A DNA stretch of 63,433 bases, filler included, from Kipferlia bialata (lineage: Eukaryota), in the NCBI GenBank assembly GCA_003568945.1. It is 5 parts of 5 records of this genome, joined end to end, with 100 filler letters (N's around TTAATTAATTAA, not from the genome) between each part and the next. Parts side by side here need not be neighbours in the genome. Positions count along the whole stretch, not along the records: positions 1 to 16,307 come from BDIP01000615.1; 4 more parts are not named here. One strand, given 5' to 3'. Position 1 is the first letter of the stretch; each line of letters starts with the position of its first letter. Below are positions 1 to 13,081 of the stretch, piece after piece. Made by a program: the position numbers and the translations under genes. Below the pieces are notes generated by a model. That model saw only the letters and a program-made list of their open reading frames with translations, had not been told where the DNA came from and did no database searches.

Positions 1-49
<49 letters not shown>

Positions 50-70
50 GACAGTGGTAAGTGAACATAC

Positions 71-295
71 CTAGGACAGGTGACACTGTGCCCTTGCCAG
101 CACCAGGGGGTCCAACCAGAATGATACGGGGTACTGCCAGTAAGAGAGAGGGAGGGAGAGTGATGTCAAGGAGAGAGAGGCATTACTAATCCCTTAGTGT
201 GACAAGTGTCTATAAATGGACCATCTCACACACAACAATAGCGGTGTCCTCACTGTAGTTAACAACAGCATACACCCACCATAGCGCTCTGACAT
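71..295 (-). CDS. adk: Adenylate kinase, first two exons (3' part runs off the scaffold)
   Basis: Exons 295-280 and 133-71 splice via a phase-1 GT-AG intron to MSERYVPRIILVGPPGAGKGTVSPVL, the N-terminal P-loop signature of adenylate kinases. Confidence 0.85.
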
Positions 296-469
296 GGTTA
301 AGGCAGTGTGGTAACGTAGTATTGCACTGGGTTCGGTGTGTTTGGGGGGTGGAAACAGTGATTCGGCACCGACATTGAGCAGTCAAAAACGAAAAAGGGT
401 GTAGAGCACGTTTTGACATATCGACCTGGTCGATTTGACCCTCTCTCTTCTTGCACTCATACGAATACA

Positions 470-2529
470 ATGGCTGCTGAGAACACACCTGAGGGAAAGG
501 GAAAGGGAGGTCGTGAGGCTGATGCCACCGATGCCCTTGCCCAGTACTCCTACGAGGCCTTCATCGCCAAGTTCGGTGCCAAGGTATAGTGTATCTGTAT
601 CTATCATATCTATGCTACTATATGGCGGCCTGGTTGGGTGAGGGAGGGATGTCTACGTCTCTGTGTGTGGTTCGTGATTGTGTATGGCACGGTGGCGTAT
701 TATTGTTCCCTGTATGTGATGCCACATGTTGTGTGTAGATCAGTTTGTGTGGTATCTTCCCTGCTTAGTTGTATTGTGTCTACTCCCCCTACCTCGCTCC
801 CTCTCCATTCATCCCTATAGTGGTCTTCCCTGCTATGTTTATATGCACTTCTTCTTCTTCTTCTATCCTCTCTCTCTCTCTCTCCCTCCCTCTCCATTCA
901 TCACTGGATACTGATTCCCAGGGCATATCTCTTCGTCTCCCCCCCCCCCCCCCCCCCCCCCCCTTAAACCCTATGCCTACTCACCCTCAGCCCCCTGCCC
1001 CCGAGGCCAAGAGAAAGCCAGCAGCCAAGGTGGGTAGTGGAGATTCATATATGTCATTGTAGCCATATATGTAATAATGTATATTCCGTGATATACCTCC
1101 GATGTGGAGAAGGCCGCGAAGGCATACAATAAGTGTATATATATATACATCTTCATCTACATATTTGTTATAGGTCATCTATGTCACCACTCACCCCCAG
1201 CCCAGTGATGAGGAGAAGGCCGCCAAGGCAGCTGCCAGAGAGGCTGCCAAGATAGAGAGAGAGAGGGTGGCAGCGGAGAAGGCAGAGGCCAAGGTGGGTA
1301 CACAGTGTGTATTTGTATACTGCTCTCTCTCTCTCTCTCTCTACACACCCACACATATTTATGTATATAAACATATGCCCTCTACCCCCAGGCTGCCAGG
1401 GAGGCACAGAGGGAGAAGACCAGGCTGGAGAAGGAGGCAGCAAAGGTATGGTGGTATGGTCTACAATATCACTTGCTGAATTTCATGAGTATTTTTGTAT
1501 GGTTTCTCCCTTACTCCCCTGACCCTTCAGGCCGAGAGGGAGAGAAAGAAGGAGGAGAGAGAGAAGATCAAGGTGGGTGATGTCTCATTGTGTATAGAAC
1601 AGTCCTGCCACATCATACTCTGAATTCTAAACTCTATACTGTATACTCTGTACCCTGTACCCTGTACTCTATTGTCATATCCCCACAAACTGACCCCAGG
1701 CCGAGAAGGAGGCCGCCAAGGTGGAGAGGGAGAGACTGAGAGCCGAGAAGGCAGCCGAGAAGGCCAAGGTGTGCACTGACCCCCCCTCATTTACACTTCA
1801 TATCTTCACCAATCACTTTCTATGGGAAGAAGCGTATAGGATGTTCCCTATCCACAATGTAATGCATCCCCACTCACCTGACCTTTCAGGCCGATGAGGC
1901 ACGGGCCAAGGCCAAGGAGGAGAGACTGGCAGCTGCTAAGGCTAAGGTATGTATATATATATGTGTATATATATATGTGTGTATGTATATTCTTTCTGTA
2001 TAGTGTTATATCCCTATCCCCCAAGGCCGAGGCCAAGGAGGAGGCAGCCATTCTATTATGTAGACATGAATGCATCTTTGTACATATATATATGTATATA
2101 TATGTATATGTATACATATACATATATATCGTTATTATATGACCCCAGGCCGAGGCCAAGGAGGAGGCAGCCAGGCTCAGGGCTGAGGCAAAGGCTAAGG
2201 TATATAGCATAGTGATATTTATACATATGTATGTAAGTACAAATATATGTACCCCTAACCGCAGGCCGAGGCCGAGAGGGCTGAGCGGGAGAGACTCAAG
2301 GCTGAGAAGAAGGCTCTGCACGAGACTAACCAGAGGAGGATAGCAGGTGGGCTATCCATCACCTCTGTAGCGTCACCATACTCGTATCTAACCCCCAGAG
2401 GTGCTAGATGAGGACTCTGACTCCTGTGTGCCCTCCATCACATCCAGTGATGAGGAGGGGGAGGAGGGGGAGCAGCAGGCCTCCGATGCAGAGAGAGAGA
2501 GTGGCTCTGAGGAGAGCAGCAGTGAGGAG

Positions 2530-2560
<31 letters not shown>

Positions 2561-3877
2561 GTACCCCCGAGGCCTCTGAGGCAGATGCTCCCTCTGTGGC
2601 ACCCACACCTAGGGCAGCCGCTAAGCCAGTCACAGGTGGGGGTGTGGTGTGTTCTGTTGTATACTATGTGTATACATGTATACATGTATATGTATTGTTT
2701 TGCTGCCTTACCCCCCAGACTCCGACGCCTTCATATGTATCCCGACGTTCTTATATCCCTCTATGTTGTTTCAATCCCGTCTTACCCCCCAGACTCTGAC
2801 GATGAGTCCAGCGAGGCCTCCTCCGACTCTGACTCAGACGAAGAGGACAACCCAATGTCACTCCTGCTGGGACTTGGACAGGTACAGCATATACTTGTCT
2901 GTATGTGATTCAATTATCTGCCTTTTCAGTATCAGTATCAGTACCAAGTCAGTAGTGTCAGTAATACCATTGACTTTATCTCTTCCTAACCCACCCAGAA
3001 GTCAGCCCCGTCCACCCCTGCCAGACCCTCTGTGGAGGAGCCATCGGCCGCAGATGCTCAGCGCCTCAGGTATGCGCATATTTTAGGGTATATATGTACA
3101 ATATGAATGTGTAACCCCAGCCGTGACCTGCAGAGTGCCTCTCTGGACGAGATGTCCATTATTATACAACTAATGTATCAGTATACTATATAGTATATAT
3201 GCAAACATGCTCACTCCAGCCGTGATCTGCAGAGTGCCAGCCTAGACCAGATGTCCAGCATGGTGACTAGAGTGGCAGTGCAGAGCACAGGGGTCAAGGA
3301 CACAGGGGTGTCACTGCTCAAGGTGGGTGCATAGTATTGTAGTATTATAGTCCTTCTTGTTCGTGTGCCCCCCCCCCCCAAGGAGACGTATGTGTCATTC
3401 CTGGAGGTTGGCATGGCACTTGATACTAACAACCCCCCACCCCCCCCTTCCCCTCACCCCCAGCCCACCAAGCGCAGTGCCCTCAGCATGGACAAGGACG
3501 GGGTCAAGAAGGTATATGCAGATACTCACACACATATATGTATATATGCTGTCTGTATACATAGTATCCATGTATGAATGTATGTGTGTGCCCTCAGCAT
3601 GGACATATACGGGGTCAAGAAGGTATGGAGTGATAGTACACACACATATATGTATATATATCTATTTATACTAGGTATTCATGTTTGTATACGTATGTAT
3701 GTGTGTACTCAGCATGGACAAGGACGGGGTTAAGAGGTATTGTATTTGAATGTATATACAAATATGTATCTGGTGTCTACATATATTGTGGGTGTGCACT
3801 CGGAATGGAATTAGTCACTTTGCATGCTCACTCCCCAGGCCAAGAAGGCCAAGAAGACCAAGAGGTCCCAGAAGTGA
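470..3877 (+). CDS. Multi-exon K/A/E-rich coiled-coil protein with an acidic S/D/E tract and basic C-terminus (hypothetical)
   Basis: ATG at 470 (MAAENTPEGKG...FGAK). About 14 phase-compatible exons follow (AAREAAKIERERVAAEKAEAK; EDSDS...ESESES; ...KKAKKTKRSQK*). TGA at 3875-3877. Confidence 0.7.
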
Positions 3878-4009
3878 GGAGCCTAACACAGTCTATCAAT
3901 TTTGTGTGACAAGTGTGTCCGTCTGAGAGGTTGGCCAGTCGGTTTCTATATTGAAGTGTTGTTTCGTGTGGTGTCTGTCCATGTGTGTGACAGAGATTAA
4001 ATAGTCGTG

Positions 4010-4482
4010 TATAGACACTCTATACTATAGATTGTTGTTTCTTTATTGGCATATTTGGTAGACTGGTACTACTCATTACTGATGATCACTATTTCATACT
4101 TGTTTCCGGTAGGATGATACAACTAGCATAATCCAAGAAGGGGATATGCTGCGTCTACAGCACCCAAATGTCTCTTGGTCTATTGGCATGTGGTAGATTG
4201 GTATTCTTACTAATCATCACTGTCTGAGTATGAAACTACCTCTACAGCACCCCCAATGTCCTCTGAATTCTAGTAGAGTATTGCTTCTATTGGCATTTGG
4301 TAGATTGACTTCTTGCTGATCATTACTGTATGAGTGTGGTACTACATCTACAGCACCCCGATGTCCTCTGAATTCTAGTAGAGTATTGCTTCTATTGGCA
4401 TTCGGTAGATTGGTATTCATACTGAACATCTCTGTATGGCACTACAACGCTAATGCATCTACAGCACCCCGATGTCCTCTGT
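4010..4482. repeat. Degenerate tandem repeat (~107-nt unit) that includes the last codons and stop of the SDR gene
   Basis: CTACAGCACCCC(G/CA)ATGTCCTCTG recurs at ~4242, ~4348 and ~4459, and degenerately at ~4155. TATTGGCAT..GGTAGA recurs four times. Confidence 0.7.
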
Positions 4483-4819
4483 CCCTGTGTACTGGCCCTC
4501 CTCGTTGAAGAACCTGCCCTTCCTGGACCTGGCAGTCAGGAACTTCCACATGACCTGGGGTTAGGGTGGAGGTACTTATATACAAATGACACTGCACATA
4601 TAGATATATAACAGGGTACATGTACCTTGGGTGTGGTGAGCATCTTGTGGTATGTGCCGGAGGAGCCCTCCTTGGTGGCCCTGGGGTGAGAGGGGTATGT
4701 GTGTTGATGCTAAGGATACAATACACATACAAATCAATGCGACAGAAGGATGACACCATAGATACTGTGTGTTGTACAATTGTATGTACCAGATCCTTGG
4801 CACGAGGAATTCACAGAAT

Positions 4820-4862
<43 letters not shown>

Positions 4863-7256
4863 ATATACTAGAATACATATACCGGACAGTATGCACCTTA
4901 TCCTTGGCACGAGGAAGTCTGCCACTGAACTGGGCAGCTCAGCCAGGATGTTGAAGATGGGGACGGCCTCTGAACGGTTAAGATAGGATACATATGTCAA
5001 TACAAAGAGAGAGAGAGAGAGAAGCAGGATGTTGAAAATGGGAACAGCCTCTATCAATGAGAGAGAGAGAGATACATACAGAGCGAGAGAGAGAGAGAGA
5101 GAGAGGCCGCTCTGCCAGGATGTTGAAGATGGGGACGGCCTCTGGGGGGTTAAGATATAGGATACATATGTCAATACAAAGAGAGAGAGAGAGAGACGTG
5201 TTGGGTTAAGATGGGGACGGCATCTGCGGGAATGAGAAATATCGGTCATATAGTAGGATATGATACAAAGTGCACACATTTAGAGACACTTAGAAGTAGA
5301 ATTACACATATGCAAGAATCTGGGTTGAGATAGAGAATGGAGAAAAGTCTTGGAAAGTACCTGGTGTCACATCGTGCAACAGTAGGTCTGTCAGCACCAT
5401 ACCAGGGGAGATGGTGTGGATGCCAACACCAGTGCCCTGGGGTTGGAGGAGTGATATCGAGTAGTTACGTAACATATCGAGTAGAGACATAACATGTCTA
5501 GTAGAGACACAACAAAAGTACAAGGACAAGGACGCTTGGTCTCCTCATATACCATATATGATATATGTATGCAATGATACTTGGGACACATGCACTCTCA
5601 CCTTTGTCTCCTTGCCAAGGACCTTGGACAGATAGGGGATGGCGTTCTTGGAGACACCTGGGGTGAGAAGAGAGAGATGATATTTGATACGTGTAGTGAT
5701 ACATAATATACCACCCTTACTCACCGTATGTCATGTACCCAGCTGTCATCATTCCATTGGACCCAGCCCCATCCATGTTGAAGATGTGGCCATGGCTATG
5801 ATGAGATGAGTGTGGCACAACTTATAGTATACATAAATAGTATCAATACAACCACATACCCCTTCTCAATCATGTATGGCAGCACAGCCCTGCAGCACAG
5901 CAGAGTGCCAGTGAGGTTGGTCTCAATCACAGACTGGGGATTAGGGTGCAACAAAGAATACTATGTTGGATTATACACACTCTATACCTTGATCTGGGTG
6001 GGCTCTGTCTCCACAAAGACACATACAACTACCACATATGATATATATATACCCATATAGTCCCGTCAGTATAATAAACCTTTATCTGGGCGGGCTCTGT
6101 CTCGACTAGATTGACGTTGATGCCGTTGATACCGGCATTGTTGATCTGGGGGTGAGGGAGAGAGAGAGAGAGAGGGAGAGGGAGAGGGAGAGTCACAAAG
6201 AGAGGCAAGGGGGGGAGAGTTGATGCCGTTGATACCGGCATTGTTGATCTGGGGGTGGGGGAGAGGGGAGACTAGGACAAGCAGAAAGAGTGAGTGAATG
6301 GGTGTATAGGTATCTCATATGGGGGGAGTGGTTGTATTACCCTATAACTAAGAGAAGAGAGTCACTTGTAATATGTACAGTGTCCCTCACCCACATGTCT
6401 ATGCCCCCCAGCCACTGTGCTGCACTGGTGACAAGGGCGGTGAGGGAGGGGAAGTCTGAGGGTAAGGAGTGAATGAGAGAGAGAGAGAGAAAGAGGGAGA
6501 GGGAGAGAGGGAGGCGAGGGAGGGGAAGTCTGAGGGTAAGAAGGGTAGAGTGAATGAGAGAGAGAGAGGGAGAAGAGTGTGGAATAGTGGTCAGAAGGGA
6601 GGTGAGGAAGGGGAAGTCTGAAGGTGAGTGGGTGGGAGAGGAGAGGAGATGTCTTTGAAGAAAGAAATAGTCACAAGGTGAGGAGACATATATGAGGGGA
6701 ATATGGGGTGGGGGAGGGGGGGGAGGGGGTTGAAAAGTGAAGAATAATATACTCATTGTACATTACCCGTGACATCAGCCTGCATGACCCTTGCTCTGTC
6801 ACACACGTCGGGGTCAGAGAAGAGAGATGCCTGGGGGTAGAGATGACTAGTGCTGCCAGATAGAAATAAATATGGGTCCACACCTGCATTTCTGCCACCT
6901 TCCTCTCACTATAGAGAGGTATAGCCACAACAGTACCCACAATGCATATATATACTATTACACATAGTACTGGTATTACACACCTGCATTTCTGCCACCT
7001 TCCTCTCACTCCTGGTAGTAACAACCACAGAGTCACCCTCCACCAGGAACCGTCTGCAGAGGGCAAGGCCAATGCCCCTGGGGGTTAGGTGTATAAGGTT
7101 ACTGTGATGTATACTATAGTCCATCAGTTATCAGAGGGGATGAGAGAGAATGGCGGGGGGGGGGGGGGGGGAGGGCGTAATCACAATACAGAACACGCCA
7201 CTAGTATGTCACGTGTGAGTATAATACCTTGTTCCTCCTGTGATTACTACTCTCAT
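4459..7256 (-). CDS. Short-chain dehydrogenase/reductase, NOL/NYC1 (chlorophyll b reductase)-like
   Basis: The spliced product has MRVVITGGTRGIG (TGxxxGxG), INNAG, TNLTGT, HIFNMDGAGSNG, YxxSK, HTISPGMVLTDLL, FNILAELPSSVADFLVPRIR and ends ...EDIGVL* (TAG 4461-4459). Confidence 0.85.
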
Positions 7257-7537
7257 GTTGTTCGTGTGAATGTGTCTGAGTGAAGAGAGACATGTCAAAC
7301 TCACAATCTGACACCGAGGAAAAAGGGACCGGGCTGACAAACACCAATGCCGCAACATTGGGCGTACTCTCTTGACTGCGTGCTCTCTTCCAGCACTGCT
7401 GGTGTGGCAATAATAGTCAGAGTATTACTGACTTGCGCAAAAGGAGTGGAAATACTGGTGGACCGCTGCACACAGAGAGAGGAAACCGCATTGGGGTCCC
7501 TGACCAGTGAAGTGATAGCACCGACTTCGATTAGGAC

Positions 7538-10500
7538 ATGCCCCCCTCTGCCACCCCTAGACCATGCGTCACAGAGGACATCCCACAGCTGTGCAGGTAT
7601 GTGAGATGCACTATGTATGACTGTTAGTGTCAGTAACGGTGTATACATATCGGCAATGTAGGTGTGTGGTCAATCCAATCCATTCACCGTTCTCTTCACC
7701 TCTTAGCCCCGGTCTCGCACATCCTCCCTCTAACATATACTGTGTCTTTTGTACATACCTGAGTTAGGATATCCCCCCCCCCCCCCCCCCATTACCCCAG
7801 TTGCTACACTATAGGAACATATGAATGTCATTCTTCTGTGGACCTCTTCTCTGCCCTCACCCCACAGGGACATGGTATGTGCCCAGGACCTGTCTCTGAC
7901 TGCAGCCCTTGCCATGTCCTGCATCACAGTGGGAGACACATATGCACCAGGTATATATAGAGTGTATAGTATATATAGTATATACATGTNNNNNNNNNNN
8001 NNNNNNNNNNNNNNNNNNNNNNNNNNNNNNNNNNNNNNNNNNNNNNNTATGTATATATATGCAGCCCTTGCCATGTCCTGCATCACAGTGGGGGACACAT
8101 ATACACCAGGTATACATAGATAGTAGGGTACATGTGTTCATCTACTCCCTCTCTGACCCCAGGTGTTGCCCTGTCTCTGACTAGGAGTGACCCAGACATG
8201 GCAGAGCTGGTCAAGGTATGTATGTAATATACCTCGTCAAGGTATGGGATGGATCATGTATACATATAGCACCTATCTATGAATACCGGTACAGGAGTGA
8301 CCCAGACATGGCAGAGCTGGTCAAGGTATGGGGTGGAGTATGTCTCTATACCACCTGTATATATGTAAACCCTGGTGGATATGAGATAATAATTGAGTGG
8401 GTACCTGTACTACCGAGAGTTCTTTCCTTACCCTAGAGCATGCGCAAGAGATATGGCGTGCTACCCAGTGTCACAACACCAGACTCAGACTCTATGGAGG
8501 AGAGAGGGAGAGAGAGAGAGAGAGTGGTGACGAGGTCATCCTCCTGTCAGACTGACCCAGTCAAGGAGAGGGAGAGGGAGAGACCCACGGTGGCCAGGAA
8601 GATACCAGGTGCCATCATATATAGTACATCGGTATTTGTATACAGTACACAACATATATATACATGATACTGACCCCCCAGGTGTCCCTGTGCACACCCA
8701 GACTGACCCCTTACCTACACCTGCCCCTGTACACCCACCCTTATACAATAAGGGCAATGGAGGTGGGGGTACCTGGGGCATGGCTGATACCATAGTGCCT
8801 AAGAGTGGCTCCACCCCTGTCCTAGATCTGGAGGATGATGAGTTTGCCATGGACTTTGGGGATGATAGCGTGGGTGCACCCAAGGCACCCTCCTCTACTG
8901 TACAGAAGGGTCCACCCAAGCCCTTCAGGGGTAAGCCCGCCAAGCACAACCACCACGAGAGGCAGCAGCACACGGTGAGTGTGTGTTTGATCTATGTCTA
9001 TCCTCATCACTATATATATATGTATTCTATTTGTCACGAGAGGCAACAGCACACGGTGAGTGGATATGGGCTCTGAGTATACATGCACACATATATATAC
9101 ATACATATTTATGGGTGTGCATGTCTCACCCTCAGATTGGCCTGCAGAGTGCTGCTGAGCTAGGGGGGAAGGCAGCCAAGAGAAAGAGCAGGTGATTACT
9201 TGTGATTACATATCAGTCTACTCTCTCATTGGTGTCTGTGGATAGGATATATGTCATATATAGAACACCCATCCTTCTGACCCCCAGGGCCACGAGTGCC
9301 GCTGCCCTGGGTCTATCGGCCAACACCATACCAGGTAGGCGTATCAGTTTGTAATGTATCGTGATATTTCTCAACCATATACCAACTACTGATATGCAAG
9401 TGTTCTCAGAGCCTCTAGTAAGTGAAACTCAATGCAGTTCTTTGAGACCAATATACATAATTCTATAGTATATACTATAGTATATAGTACAATAGTAAAT
9501 GTATCAATTCGTCACACCAGGTGCCCGTAAGAAGAAGGAGCAGGAGGATAAGAAGAGGAAGAAGAAGGAGGGTGATAGCGACAAGGTGGGGTGTACTTAT
9601 CATATAGATATATATATATATATACTAATGTATATATCATATCGAGCAAATTTATATATTTATGTATATGAGACGAGTATATATATATATATATATATAT
9701 TGAGTTATGCAATACTACATAAATCCCACTGACTGCCAGGCCTCTGAGGACCAGCAACTGTTGGACACCATCAGAGAGAACATAGTCCAGGACACAGGGG
9801 TTACACTAGATGAGGTTGTGGGGCTGAGGTGGGTACATCACAGCTACATCCTTATATATATACATATACTCTCGATATGTGTCCAAACTATCCCTTACAC
9901 TAGAGTGGCCAAGGAGCAGCTGAACGAGGCCCTTGTCATATTCAGATATATATGTGTTATAGNNNNNNNNNNNNNNNNNNNNNNNNNNNNNNNNNNNNNN
10001 NNNNNNNNNNNNNNNNNNNNNNNNNNNNNNNNNNNNNNNNNNNNNNNNNTATCACTATCTCTCACCCTCAGAGTTGCCAAGGAGCAGCTGAACGAGGCCC
10101 TTGTGATGCCCATCAAGTTCCCAAACCTCTTTGGCGGGAAGCACGGCAGGTGGGGGTTCATAGTATATGCACTATAATATATATATATTTATATATATAT
10201 ATATATGTGTGTGTGTATATATATATAGTGGAAGCACGGCAGGTGGGGGGTTAGTGCTATACACATAGTGTAGCTATATACCCCTCCCTAATGATCAGGA
10301 CACCAGCCAAGGGCATCCTGCTGTACGGACTGCCGGGAACAGGTATGGACGGGATTGTATATACATATATATATGTATATACTTGCATGTACATGTCTTA
10401 TAGATGCCTGCCTGACCCAGGCAAGTCCTTCCTGCAGTCTGTGTAGTATCCATGTTTCTACTATATTGTGAATATATACAATACTGATACCCCAGGCAAG

Positions 10501-13081
10501 TCCTTCCTGGCAGCTGCCGTGGCAGGCCAGATCAACTCGACATTCTTCTCAGTGGTCTCATCATCCATCGTGTCGAAGTGGCAGGTGTGTATATATGTAT
10601 GTATATATATATATATTGTTTGTATATCCCCATTATGATATGTGGTGTCATCATCCATCGTGTCGAAGTGGCAGGTACGCATATTATCAGCATCTACCGT
10701 ACCGTTAGAGTAGTTGTCTGCATAATGATATGTGGTCTCATCATCCATCGTGTCGAAGTGGCAGGTGTGGACTATGTATATTTACAGCTTGATACTCCCA
10801 TGTATATCGTGTAGTTTACCCACTCATCCCAGGGCCAGTCTGCCAAGCTGATCAGGGCCCTCTTTACAGAGGCCAAGGCCAGATCACCCAGCATCATATT
10901 CATCGATGAGATAGGTATTATTTAATATGTCATGATATATTCCCACATATTGATTGTACTGATCTCAGACTCTCTGTGCACCTCCCGTTCCTCCTCTGAT
11001 AGCGACGCATCGCGTAGAATCAAGACAGAGTTCCTGACCTGTATGGACGGTATGTATATAGTGTACACTATATATCTTAGTGTACCAGCATGACTGTCGT
11101 TCTCACACCCCAGGCGTGAGTGCCAAGGCCGATGGGTCCAAGGTGCTGGTGCTGGCAGCCACCAACTACCCAGACGCCCTGGACTCGGCACTTCTGTACG
11201 TAGTGTGACTCATACACAAACACATATATTTATCTTACTATATAAATATATATATTCTTATTCTTCAATATATATATATATATATGTATATATATTCATA
11301 TCCACCGTAGAGCATTTCAATCTCACATAGAGATTGTATCTGATATATTGGAACCTCTCACCCCTAGGAGACGCTTCAGCAAGAGAATATGCATCGACCT
11401 GCCAGATCTGGAGGTGAGAGTTGGTACTTCCTGTATCTGTGGTGTATACAATCTTCCGTATGGCTTCACGAGGTCTTTTGTGTCATGTTTCTAGCCTGAA
11501 TGGAGGACGTCGTGTGTACCTATTATTGCACTGCACTTTGTAGTGTAATCCTGCCACCAACCCTCAGGCCCGTTATGTCCGCCATGTTCCGTCTGTGTCT
11601 AGTCCACCAAATACTCCTGTATATATGTAGAGTATAGTAACATTGTATTAAACTAACCCTCAGGCCCGTGCCGCCATGTTCCGGCTCAGGTTGATACACT
11701 ATATACTACATGTATAGTGTATACATATATATAATACACACAATACATAAGTATATATTATTTATCTTATCCTAGGCCCGTGCCGCCATGTTCCGTCTGA
11801 GGTTGAGTGCCCAGTCAGATGCAACCCCTGAGCAGTACACACAGTTCGCACAGGCCACAGAGGGTATGTATATATATATTTATATGAACATCTCTATACA
11901 TATATAGAAATATACCAGTACACTCAGTTCGCACAGGCCACAGAAGGTATGTACCATGTGGTGTAGTAGTGTACATATGTGTATACATATTGGGGGAGAG
12001 AGAGAGACAGAGAGAGACAGAGAGAGAGAGAGTACGCTCAGTTCGCACTCTTAACAGAGGGTGGGTGCACTATTATGCATACCATACATACCATATACAT
12101 AAGTATGTATATGTCAAGCTCCGCTCCGATTCCAGGCTACTCTGGGACATTGAGCATGTGCAAGAATACTATTGATTCTGTTATAGTAACTGATTTTACT
12201 ATATGTTCGGCATATATCCATGTGGTTCAAGCTCCCCTCTCACCCCAGGCTACTCTGGGAGTGACATTGAGCATGCGGTGTACTTGACAATATGACTCAT
12301 ATGAGTATATGATATTCATTATATGTTGTCATTCATGTATACTTTCATGCTCTCATATTCCAGGCTACTCTGGGAGTGACATTGAGCATGTGTGCAACGA
12401 TGCCCTAATGGAGCCAGTCAGAGATATGAGGGAGTGCCACTGCTTTGCACTGAGGTACGTTTAGTGAGTATTACATGCTACTCTGTGATGACTCTCTCTG
12501 GGTTCGTGTCCCTCTGTCTCCAATATCTACACCAATGTATACACCTTGTATACTATGTCTCACCCACAGGCATGTTCTGTATGCTATGCTATCTCCCTGT
12601 CCATTTTCCGCAAAGCAGCGCAACTCGTCCAGCATATACGTAACCATATATTGTATACTATAGGCTCACCCCCAGGGATGGTCTGTATGAGATGGCAGAC
12701 CCCGCAGACCCAGACGCATGGTGAGCATATGTCTTTGTATATATATATATATATATATACGCATATTGATTTACTTATACAGCTATATACTCTCTCTCTC
12801 GCTCCGTCTCTCTCTCGCTCTCTATACGTATATGTATATATATATCCCTCACCCTCAGTGAGGTATCCATGATGCAGCTGGATGGAGACGTGAGACCACC
12901 ACCCACAACAGCTGAGGTATCGAGGCGCATATATCTACTATGTATATACACTATATATATGTATATATATCGGATATGTCACCCTCTCACCCAGCATGTC
13001 CTCAAGGCCATATCTCGGACCAAGTCCTCTGTGGCATCAGCAGACAGACAGAGGATAGCACAGTTCAAACAGACACACTGA
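7538..13081 (+). CDS. VPS4: Vps4-like AAA+ ATPase with a long low-complexity N-terminus
   Basis: Spliced exons give TLDEVVGLRVAKEQLNEALVMPIKFPNLF, Walker A GILLYGLPGTGKS, pore loop VSKWQGQS, Walker B IIFIDEID, RRIKTEFL, AATNYPDALDSALLRRF, GYSGSDI, a beta-domain-like insert and a Vps4_C-like end (RTKSSVASADRQRIAQFKQTH*). The start codon is inferred. Confidence 0.8.

Noticed and set aside
4459..4461. Possible TAA/TAG-to-Gln reassignment, as in hexamitid diplomonads
   Set aside because: TAG (SDR, MFS), TAA (HSPA12) and TGA (Vps4-like) all end genes at plausible C-termini, and I found no in-frame TAR in conserved exons.
7347..7604. 85-aa ORF as the first exon of the Vps4-like gene
   Set aside because: Its phase-1 end meets stops in both candidate downstream exons. 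The frame from ATG 7538 (phase 2) splices cleanly to 7868.
7900..8115. Echo pair flanking an N gap as evidence for real duplication
   Set aside because: Duplicates across scaffold gaps can be unmerged allelic contig ends. This pair was not counted, and the 9904/10072 pair carries the same caveat. Most other echoes lie in gap-free sequence.
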